Shown here piece by piece: positions 38,216-49,178 of a stretch of 64,000 nt of DNA. This stretch comes from Selaginella moellendorffii (Eukaryota > Plantae > Lycopodiophyta), in the NCBI RefSeq assembly GCF_000143415.4, contig NW_003314266.1, positions 2,396,379-2,460,378 on the forward strand, in the 5' to 3' direction. The translations under genes were made by a program, and so were the position numbers. The notes under the pieces were generated by a model. That model had not been told where the DNA came from, did not search any database, and was given only the letters and a program-made list of their open reading frames with translations. Every line of letters starts with the position of its first letter. Within the stretch, counting starts at the first letter, position 1.

Positions 38216-38579
38216 GACGCATAAACCACAGCCCACAACGCCGCTTACACAAGCAGCGCTCACTGCGCTCAGCGGAACCAAGAACACGGCGCACAAAAAT
38301 GATAGACCTAGGAATGAGTTCGAGAATTCAAAAATAACACACGCTTGAACGTCACATCAAATCCTCTGACAAACCAGATCTTATGATTCCTCTGACAAAT
38401 TTCAAACTGAGTAGCTTCTAGACTTTGCTGTCGGAGGTTGAACTTTGTCACATCATGTCCTTGCCTCGATCCAGCTGTGCCATGTCAGTGATTCGAACTT
38501 TGCCATGCCATGTCAGCGATCCGCGCCAAGATTATTCGCCGTGTAAAGGAATAATTACGCTGTGTGTGTACGTCCATTT

Positions 38580-39960
38580 ATGGCAATATAAGGCCACACG
38601 CCATTCAAAGAATAATGCTCGACATAAGGCCACACGCCATTCAAAGAATAATGCTAGTCGAGCATTTTTTGGTGCATTTTTGGGTTCAAAATTGCATGAG
38701 CCCACACGCTATAAAGTTTACCTGTACCAAAAATAGAAACAGCTTTATTTACTTGGGAATTTAAGTGGTTGAGGCATTTTTAAACTTACAAACACATGCC
38801 CTACTTACATTCCTTTGGTTGCCTAAAATTCAAAAATATTATAAACCTTTCTTTTTGCATTTTCAATGTTTTCAATTATGGTTTTTGATTTTCGTAGGAC
38901 CAGCCTAGTAATCTATTTGCATCCCGTCATGTTTATAGCTAGCTTTCGTTCGTCCCCTTCGCTAGCCTGAGATACATCTGCTCGGCATCTGCCTCTTACA
39001 GCATTTGCCCAGAAAGGGCATCTTTCTTCACGTAGCATTTGCCACATGTTTAGGGTTTAGGGTTTAGGGTTTAGGGTTTAGCAATTCAGTAGCTTGATAA
39101 ACATGCAAATACAGAACTTGATGCAAAATCCTTTGATATGTCACAATGCCCCTAGGACCATAAACACATTTCAATAGAGAGGGTCCTTTCATTTCATAAC
39201 TCCTTACGTAGATCTTGGTGAAACCAGAGTTAGTGAAGTTAGTTTCTTGTGATCCCGGATCTGATTGTGATGTCCCTTTGCAGTTTCGATGCAAAGGTCA
39301 ATGCACACTAAACTGTGAAATCTTGGAGCAAAATAACGGTCGGATCTATGGCAAATGCCCCTGAAACATTGTAAGGCTCGTGTGGTCTCATGTGGTGTCC
39401 GATTGAGATGCTTCTTTGCAGGGTCATCAAAAAAGACATTGTATACCATTCTGTAAAATCTAGTTGCGATCTAACGGTTGGATCTCCAGAAAACTCAAAA
39501 AAATCTCGCGCGTGTCAGAATATCCTAGGAATATACTCCTATGTGCCCCTGAAAATGGCATGCGGCCCCACGCCATTCAAGAGATAATGCCAGATGACGC
39601 CGAGAATTTTTTGGTGCATTTTTTGGGTTCAAAATTGCATGAGCCCACACGCTATAAAGTTTATCTTTGCCAAATAGAGAAAAGTTTATCTGTGTCATGT
39701 GAGGTAGTTACAGTCCTTTGTGCTCGGCATCTGCCTCTTGCAGCATTTGCACTGAAAGGGAATTTTTCTCCATTCAGCATTTGGCCCTGAAAATGGCATG
39801 CGCCCACACGCCATTCAAGGAATAACGCCACAGGACGCCTGGATTTTTGGGTTTAAAATGTTTAGGGTTTTTTGGGTTTTTTCAAAATATTTTGGGTCCA
39901 ACGTTTTTTGGGTTTCTTTGGTTCAAAATTGCATGAGCCCACACGCTATAATATTGATTT
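38580..39960. repeat. Three dispersed ~130-bp internal repeat modules, each carrying paired palindromes
   Basis: cacgccattcaa..ataatgc..ggttcaaaattgcatgagcccacacgctata at ~38620-38720, ~39550-39665 and ~39790-39950. Confidence 0.8.
39049..39081 (+). repeat. Interstitial plant telomeric repeat (TTTAGGG)4+
   Basis: tttagggtttagggtttagggtttagggtttag. Confidence 0.9.
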
Positions 39961-40678
39961 GAGAGAAAAATAGAAACAGATAGAATTTCTTTATTTAGCT
40001 GAACATCTGCCATTTTTGGAAATACAAGATGCTTTGGAATATCCAATCATGCATGGTATAAATATAGCGAGGGTATTAAATGATATCCCAATCATGATCT
40101 TTCTTTTGGATTTCGCGTGCATGCAGTCCGAGGAATGATGACGTTGCGGATTTCTTTTGGATTTTGCGTGCTTGCATGCGCGCGGCAATCCAGAAATTAA
40201 TGGTGGCGCCCAAGTCCGAGGAATGATGACGTGGCGGGATTACCAACCGTTGTGACATTTCGCGCGTGTGAGGTTAGGTTTTGCATTTTGCTTTGTACTC
40301 GCGCTCGCACACTCGCGCTCGCGCTCGCATCACACTCGCGCTCCCGCTCGCATCGCGCTCCCACTCGCGATCACGCTCACTTCTCTACAGGTTTCTCGTG
40401 TGCATCGGCGTCCACTCGCGCTTGCATCACACTCGCGCTCGCATCGCGCTCGTGTGCATCGTCGTCCACTTCAAGACACACCCAGTTTGTAACTTCGCCG
40501 CCAACTCCGCCGCCCACTCCACCACCCACACGCAGCCCACTTGGCGTCCCGGGAGATTTCAGCACCACTCTCCAACTGTAAGTGGCAGAGTAGCCTTGCT
40601 GCTACGATCCGCTGCACACACAGTGCACATTCGCCAGCGAGTCCGGCCTCGATTGTCACGGCCTCCATTCGGCTTCAA

Positions 40679-43600
40679 ATGGTAAGTCTTTTAGACGAAG
40701 TAGAAAATGGCATGAGGCCACATGCCATTCAGTAGCAACATTGGCATGCACCGATTGGGCTCTCGAGTGCAGTCCGGTTACAGATGGCATGTAGCCTCAC
40801 GCCATCTTAGGATGCAGCCTCAAGACATCTGATGCAGTGGTGAATGGCGTGTGGCCTCACGTTATTTCCAGCTGCTAGCTTTTCATCTGTCAGCTCTAAT
40901 TGTTGTGCATTTTTGAACAGGCGAGGAATTGCGTTCTTCTTCCAGCCACTGTCAATGTGGATGCAGAGAAGGGGGAGGAGCTCACCAGTTGGACTTTCGG
41001 GATGGAAGGCGAGGATCTGATGCTGTACAACACAGATGGTGGGAGAAAAGAATGCATGGGGATCCTCATCCAAGTGACAGACACTCCATGCAGTTCCATG
41101 CAAGAATATGGACTGGCACTTGTGGTAGAGACAGCGTCCGCCTTCAAGATCCACCTTGCACATCCTAGCGGCTTCCCGGAGGGGGGCAGCGGCTATGAGG
41201 AATTCCTAGAGGGAGCTAGGGAGAGGTTGTCCAGGAGGCCCACAATTTCAAAGACGCTGCGGGTCTATGAAGATCACATGGAATCCACGGACCTCACCTA
41301 CGGCGATGTTCAAAAACTATATTCCAACATTGAGCCGTTGAGAGTGCCTCCAATTTGCGAAGCGAAGGGGAAGGGGGTCGATCTGGAAACTACCCCGAAG
41401 CAGAAAAGGGTGGTCAAGCTCAAGCCGACGTCCGACTCTCCTGCTCCAAAAAAGAAGCTACTCGGTGATGCCATTGCCTCGGGTTCGAACACTACACCCA
41501 CCAAAAAGAAGAGCCGCAAAGAGCAGAAAGAGCAAGAAGAGGCAGCAAAAATCGTCGCAGATAATAGTACTTGTTACTATTCCAACAAAGTATATACAAT
41601 CGACGTGAGCCGTATCGAGATCCAAAGCAAATACAACCACAGGCTAGTATCTGATGAGTGGGTGGAGAAACTGAAGCAGAAGATGCTGGCAAGTCCAGTA
41701 ACACCCGACATCGCAGACGTGATCCCCTACTACCGAACAATGAAGGGCGAGACGAGGTTTCCAGACTTGATCAATAGGAAGGTGTTGGACGATCAGAACA
41801 TCCGGTTCTATGCCGTCTCCGGGCAGCATTCTAGCTTGGCGATGCAACAGATAGTTGTGGATATTATGGTGGGCGAGGAGGTGAAGAAAGTCTTCAAGAC
41901 AAGAGTTGTCCACCTGATAAAAGGCAACTCGCCCCTCCGATCTATCATATACATCTCCCACGCGCAGAATGTCAAGCAAGAAACGTGCTACAAATCGGGT
42001 CTGCACGAGACATTGGCACGAACACGGAAGCTCTGGGTTCAACTGAAGAAGCCACAAAAACCAGGACAAGGACGTGCACTAGCAACTAGCGCCTGGCAGG
42101 TAAGCCTCGTTGCATGTGGCATAGCATGTGGCCTCACGCCATTTCCATTGCAGGAATTCTCGAGTCTTCTCTCGAAAACACTGGGGGTCAATGACACACT
42201 CAGCATCCATAACATTCTACTCGCGACAAAAGTTGTTTTTGACAAATGGGTAGATGTGCTAAGGAGGTACCATGACGGGGAGTTGCTAAACTCAATGGGT
42301 GTGGAGGACGGCCGGAAGCCCAATGATTTGAAGCTCAACGCCTTGCGTTTCTCGCGGTCTCTAGACGACGACGACCTTTTGACAGTGGCTAATGCTCTTC
42401 TACTTGGTGAGGTAGTCTTCAACAAGACCAAAATGACTCCCGGCCATATTGTGACATACGAGGACTTGTGCACGACTCTGAGAGCTCGTGCGCTATTGAA
42501 GGATTGGATCTTCGAGCAAGTGGCCGTGGCGAGGGTGAGCATCGACACCACGCAAGAGATGATGGAAGAGCTGGACTTGTCAAATGAAGACATCGACGAG
42601 TACGTGAAGGGGGCCCCCAAGTTCATCGATCTGCTGCGGGATGCCACGAAAAGTAAAGCTGAGAAGTTGGATCAGTATCCAAATTTCATTAAGAGGGATG
42701 TCGACCGCCGGCTTCAGAAACAGCTCGACCCCGCAGCAGAGGCCTATCGAGAACCTTACCGGGTATACGTGAATTCGGATGAGGATCAAAGGTGGAGGAG
42801 CATCGTTTCCCGCAGAGATGAGCAGGTCAAGAACATCTTTTGTGTGATGGACTTCACAAACGAGGAGATCACTCATGCAGACGAAGTCAGCTCCATCATT
42901 GACTTAATGGTGGGACTTGCGGAGGTGGAATCTTCAGTCCACTATATGATCTACGACTCCGAATCCTATCACAAGTTCTGGAAGGCCTTGAACGAGGTGA
43001 AGGCTCGGTTGAAAGGCAAGGAGATGCGGGAGATCCATGGGATAATGGCTAAGAAGAAGATACCGACGAATGTCCGCATCTTCACAGTCGCCCTTGTTAT
43101 TGGTCCTGCAGCAGAGTGGGACTGGAGTGACTTCCCAGCTTCGTTCAACAAAGCCGATCGAATTGATCTGAGGGAGGTCAATTTACCCGTGCCTGAGGAA
43201 CTGAAGACGGCTATGGAGCTTTCGAATCCAAAGAAAGCTCCAGGTGCAGCATGGGAAATGCTCAGCTGGGTCTTCAACGCAATAGCGGGTGACTCCAAGG
43301 GCAAATGCGTTGTCGAGTACAACTGCGGCGGACTATTCTTTCGAGCCGCACTACTCAAGGGTGTCCCGTGTGTTGTGGTGACAAACTCCATTGAAGAGGT
43401 GACTTCAATGGAGCATATAATTACAGTTGCCAAAGAAAAACAGTATCTTCTCTACGAATCTGGTGAGTACGCACTTTAAGTTTAAATGTTATCTCACAAG
43501 CTCTGTATGCAGGAGCGTGGCCACCCCCAGATGCTGAAACGGCATTAACAGCTACTGATGTTAGGCCGAGGTCACAACCTGCACAAGGTAAGGTCACGTG

Positions 43601-46269
43601 AGGCCTCACGCCATTTTGATTATAGATCGTTGTGAATATTCAGACACGAGGACTGAAAAGCGCACTGGTGGCGCGTCGAAGAAGGACAAACAGACAAGCA
43701 ATAGGAAAAAAGGAGGTACAAATTATATTTGCAATGGCGTGTGGTCTCATGCCATTCCTTGCAGGAGACACTTCTTCAAAGGCAAAACAGGCAAGCACCA
43801 GCCAAGCTCAAACTGACAGTGGTCATAAAAAGCGAAAGCACGTTGGACAGTCGTCGGGATCAGAGGCGTTTGATTCGAAAAGGAAGAAGGGCAACGAAAA
43901 GATGATAGGTAATGCCTCGCGGTTATGGCGTGTGTGCTCATGCCATTCATTGCAGATCAAGGGCTGAGTGAAAGGAGCCAGTCACCACCTTCTGACTCAG
44001 ATTCCTATGGCGGACTCCCCTTCCCCAATCTCAATGGAGAGGTACAATGGATGAGGGATGCTTTTCAAGTCAGGGCCACGTTTTTCTCATCTCGTCGTCT
44101 TCGAAGGGTGCAAGAACGTGCAGAAACCATGTTAAGACAGTCGGGTGAGGATACGGTCCTAGGTCACGCACTAAAACAGGCTATGGATGTCTTGTATTTT
44201 GAGATGGAGACTCGGCCAGATGATTTTTCCAAGATGGTCCTGGAAAAACAAGCAATCCAGCCTGAGCAGCCTATGGAAGAAATGCAAGAGGGGGATGAGG
44301 AGCCAGAGAAAGATAATGAGCAGGAAGAGCAGAAGGACGAAGAGGAGGACGAAGAAGAGGAGGACGAAGAAGAGGAGGACGAAGAGGACTTGGATGGTCC
44401 TCACAATGGTGACGATCACAATAACGACGATGACGATGATGACGATGATGGCCAGCCTGAGGTGGCCAAAGAGCAGCGGAGGAAGGTCATACAAGACAAA
44501 CCATCAGGTAAATAATAGTACATCCATTCCTAACCTTTTACCATTTCTAACATTGTCCATGTAGGTCGCAGAAGAAATGGTAAGTAGAGATTATTTAGTT
44601 GAATTAAGATACAAACTCTAGCCTTTAGTGTCGAGGAAGGATAGTGCCAAGCAAGGGTCGAAACGTATGTCCAATCCTTCAGAATCAGCAGTGCGCCCAA
44701 GTGATATCGGTCCTAGTTCCTCAATAGCAGTTGATGGTAAATACAGTATAGTCGATTCAATGTGCTAATGAGTTTGTTTTTAGTAGCACGGGAGGATACC
44801 ATCTCAATCGAAGGGAGATATTTGGACATGCATATGGATCCGCCAGTGGACTCTACTTGCCTGCAAGAGTCATTAGAGCTGGTGGAGGCTACTATCCATA
44901 TCAACGCCAAGCAAGCTGACCACGCTCCACTTGATGCTGCCCATACCACTGAGTCAATCTTGTCCACGTATCCAACTGACAGTGACCAGGCGCCATTGGA
45001 CCCGCATGAGGCCGCCCCAGCCGCCGAGCCGGTCGTATCCTCATTTCCAACGTGTGCCCAATCGTCTGACTACGCGCCGTTGGAACCTCCCTACACCGCC
45101 CCTGCTGCCTGTTCGGTCATGTCCACTTTGCCAACGGAGGCACCAGCTGAAATGGCGTGTGATCACACGCCATCGGAACCACCCCATGCCACTGTTGAGC
45201 CAGTTGTACCAGAGTCTACAGCTGAAATGGCATGTGCCCACACGCCATCGGATGCGATTGACCCCACATTGCAGAGGAGAGTATTTCCGCCCTTCACGTT
45301 TCCTCGACCAAAACCCTCTGAACGACCATCGGGAGCACCATTCGCTAATATTGTAGATGGTAAAATTGACTTGTACCATTTTTTATGCTAACGCATTTCA
45401 TTTCAGAGTCACGGCGAAAGTACTGTATCGTTTTTGATCTGAACGGTGTCCTTTTCTCCCATGAGCGTGGCTCGTCCTCGAATGTCACTGCACCCTCCAA
45501 AGCCTGCGGTCGCAAGTTGGTCAAAAGAGACAGATTCACATTAATCACACGGGAGAAACTGCGGGATCTAATAATGACCATGCGACACTTAAAACAGAGG
45601 GCCGGGTTCAATTTGCAATTGGGAGTTTGGACATCCATGATGCGCCACAATGCATTAACGTTGCTACAGATGATGCATGATCAGACGCGAGTAATATTAC
45701 CATTTGACTTTCTCCTAACGCAGGAGGATTGCTTGACTATGGTCCATGTGAGGGGTAGCAAGCCCATCTTCGTCAAGGCAGAGGCTGTAGTGATGAACCG
45801 GACTGCTAGGTCAAGTGAAATCCTCATCATCGATGACTCGCCGATTAAAACTGCAGCGAACACGCACACATATGCAGTGCACCCCATCTCTTGCAGTATG
45901 GAAACTAGGGAGAAGAAACCGTATGTTCTGGGGGACCTTGCAAAACGGCTTGAAGCGATGGTGATAGAGAACCGGCCAGTCCAGGAGGTGGCTGCAGAAA
46001 TCAACCAAATGGCAGATGGAACGGTATATCAGAAGCCATTTGATCGGACAGACACCAGTCATCATTTATGGCATGTATATTGTCTAGCCAAGCACTATCC
46101 GCATCTCCATAATCTGCTCAACCGGATGGGTTCTTCGACCACTGAACATGAGCGTGGACGTATTAGAGAAGAGATGGCATTACTATTGGGTTTAAATCCT
46201 GATAGTGTGGAGAGTGATGAAATTCCAAGATTATTGTATAGGCGTTGGAGGCAAAAAATAACAGTCTGA
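40679..46269 (+). CDS. Transposon cargo gene, 11 predicted exons, ~1630 aa: ParB/Srx-like domain + degenerate beta-class DNA N6A/N4C methyltransferase-like domain + acidic linker + FCP1/NIF HAD phosphatase domain
   Basis: Exons 40679-40681, 40921-42099, 42154-43462, 43513-43587, 43644-43715, 43765-43908, 43956-44507, 44565-44579, 44629-44736, 44787-45359 and 45407-46269 join in one frame through GT-AG introns (4893 nt). Motifs: FYAVSGQHS; NPKKAP..VVEYNCGG..AALLKG; VFDLNGVL..GVWTS..IIDDSPIK. Confidence 0.72.
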
Positions 46270-46676
46270 GATGGCATGTATTTATTTAAAAATGTAACTT
46301 ATTATGGCATGGGGTTCCATGCCATTGTATTAATATTAAAAGACAATTCTTTGAGAGGATTTGCATTATACTAGAAGTGTTACAGCATGTTATTGGAAGT
46401 CTACGAAGTTGTTTTATTAATAAGGGGAAAGTAAAGATTGAATGGGGACTTGGGCTCCACCTAGACTCGGAGCAACTGAGCTAATATTAAAAGGATGGAA
46501 AGAAATTGGACGACGATGACAAGGAGAAGAGAGAGGTAAAGCAGTGAGAAGTGATTGAGTAGACATTTCCTTGTTTAAAATAAAATGGCATGTGCCTCAA
46601 TACAGTTGAATTTTGTTATATTTATATACTATATAAAGGTTTGGAAACCTTATTTTACAAGTGGGATAATGACAAT

Positions 46677-46700
46677 TCCCACTTTAACAAAATAGAGCTT
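46677..46700 (-). repeat. Right terminal inverted repeat
   Basis: Matches the left TIR. Confidence 0.85.
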
Positions 46701-46919
46701 ATATTGAAATCATTTTGTTTTATATGTTTGATTTTTTTCGAAATACCAAATATTTAAGGTTTTTATTATAGAATATATTTGAGATTTAAACATATAAATT
46801 ATTATAAATTCTTAGACTTTCAAATACAAACTACTATAGATATACATTTAGATTTCTTAATGTTTAATACTATTAATCTAATTAAAATTTTATTAATATT
46901 TTAATTTATAAGAATAACT

Positions 46920-48100
46920 CCTTTCTCCTAGGCATGTCAAGGGGCTTTCTATCAATCCAAAGAGACACCATTGAGGAGGAAAATAACAGTTGCCCATCCT
47001 TCAACCACATGGACTTCTCTCTAGAATAGTACCATAAAGTAGTTGGGAAGGCCTTTAAGCCATGACACTACTTGCTCTCTAGGGAAGTTTCATAGGGCTT
47101 TTACTTAGTGGAATAGGGAGCCAATGCATGAGCTTTAAGTTCATACTTAGGTTATAGCACTATTTGGATTAGAATGGACTAAAGAAGAGAAGTGATCTTT
47201 CATGAGTATATAGGCCTAATGCTACCACTTGAGCTCCACTAGATGGTGGCCATGAACTAAAAGACTGGAGTTTCTAAACTTCTAGGATTTATAGAGACCT
47301 TGAGCTTTAGATTTGTGTAAGTGATTAAATTTTTCATTCTACTTTAGTCATTTAACTATACATTTGACCATTTGGAGAAGTCTCACTTACAACTTCTATA
47401 AGTTTTATTCTTGACTTAGGGACATATTACCCTCGTAAATAGCATCTATACCATTTAACCTTTGCATTTGGTCCAAGTGCTCCACATATCCAATCCCATA
47501 ACAAACACCCAAAAGTACTATTAACATATCAATCTATTATGTTAAAACTATATTCATTCACCTTTGTATCATGGGCAGTCCAAAACCACTTGCACTATAG
47601 TCTCATCTCCCTGGGCTATCCATTTAGTCCTGGAAGCATGAGTTGCTTTGAAGGAAAGACTAATCCATATGGGGGGAATTGTCACCACCAAGCAGTTTGT
47701 TGAATTAGGCCTAGATGTTCTGGCTCCACCAGCCTTGGTGCTTTTCTTGGTCAAGTTGTATCAAGTCCTCGATAGCTGCACTGGTCTCTTTGTGGATAAT
47801 ATGAATTATATGTTATATTTCCAGGTCTGGATCTGGATCAGAAGTAGCCTCATTATGATACAGAGCAATGAAGGTTGATTTAATTCTTCCATCTGGGACC
47901 AGCTTGTGGTGGACTGGCTGGGAGCCCAGGTGGCATAACCATACAGCAACTCAGATTTGGTAGCGCTCTCATTGGGCATCCCACTGGTACATGACAGCTT
48001 GACATAGATTAGGTTGTCCCCTATTCCACTATTCTTGGCTGGTATTTTGGTGTTAAGCAATCAAAGTTGAGGAAATGTGGCCCTTTATTCCAATTATGCC
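46920..48100. mobile_element. Degenerate retroelement fragment related to 3040-3500
   Basis: 47320-47610 aligns by eye with 3070-3370. Confidence 0.55.
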
Positions 48101-49178
48101 TGGTAGATTTAACATAGCCATTAATTAAAGAGTAGCAAAAATCCTATGGCACTCTTTGGGAAATCACCAAGTATGTCTCAATAGCCTTCTTTTTTTATTT
48201 TCTTTTCAATCCAATTCCTTCCATGTTTTCTCAAGTGGCAAAGTATGCCTCCTACTTTCTATCAACACTATTGCCCCTTGAAAAGAGGAAAATCAAGAGT
48301 CTTGAGATAAAAGAAAAAGAGGGAGAGGCATTACATAAAAGCTGAGATGGAAGATGATTAAAAATGCTTCTCTAACAGGGCATTAATCTTTGGGCAAAAC
48401 TACAAGGTTTATAGTCACATTTTGATAAGGATATTATTGCTTGTAAAAACAAGTGGAAGCTAATTTGGAAAAGAGGATAAAACTCACAACAATAAGTTTT
48501 TTCCATGGTGTTTTTTCTTTTTTTACAGGTCTGACAAGTGTAAGACAAACCAGAAGTTCAAAAAGTTGTACATGAAGGATCAATCAAAAGTGATGGAAAT
48601 GATGTTATTATTCTTGAGGGAGATGAGCAGCAAGTTGTTAAGCCAACATCTCCATCATCTTGTAAGCTTCAAAAAGAGACTAAAAATCAGTCAGTTGACC
48701 ATCAAGGATGACAAATCACAAAGTGCAAATGCTAGTAATGCATCGGGAAGTACTTGTCACAAAAGGACAAAAGGATCAAGAAAGCTGTGAAAGTTACAGG
48801 TGTAAAGATGATTGCCTACTTAGAACATTTGATAAGGTGATGTAAAAATCTTTTGACACTCTTGCTAACAAGCTTTGAATAGAAATAGCTCTTTCTATGT
48901 TTGATCCAACTCTTTTTGGAAATTGTTCTTGTATGAGTTTCTTCGCTTGAACATTATGCCGAGCAGCATTCTTCTCTGCTTCTGTCCACACACAAATTCC
49001 AACAGCTTTCAGTTGATCAAAACCATCTAGAGATCGTTGTAACTCGTCTCTAGCAAATTAGTGTAATGAATTCTCTCTTAAATGTTATTACTGTTAGTAA
49101 TTTCAAGCATTGTTATTACATCAGCATTTGGACCAACCTCAGGAACAAAAGAAAAACTGACTTGTCACAGATTGAAAA

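Larger units (their letters stand above)
33411..46700. mobile_element. ~13.3 kb TIR DNA transposon, Sola(1)-like, with cargo gene
   Basis: Left end AAGCTCTATTTCGTTAAAGTGGGA (33411-33434) and right end TCCCACTTTAACAAAATAGAGCTT (46677-46700) match at 23/24 as inverted repeats. ATAT flanks both sides. Contains a DDD transposase. Confidence 0.85.

Noticed and set aside
37783-38296. Overlapping short ORFs upstream of the transposase
   Set aside because: Arise from GC-rich tandem repeats lacking stops
33638-46606. Palindrome copies as a CRISPR array
   Set aside because: Irregular spacing (tens to thousands of bp), no spacer periodicity, no cas genes, eukaryotic context
48180-49100. Possible Myb/SANT-like remnant (CCKNKWKLIW)
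   Set aside because: Too fragmentary, with multiple stops
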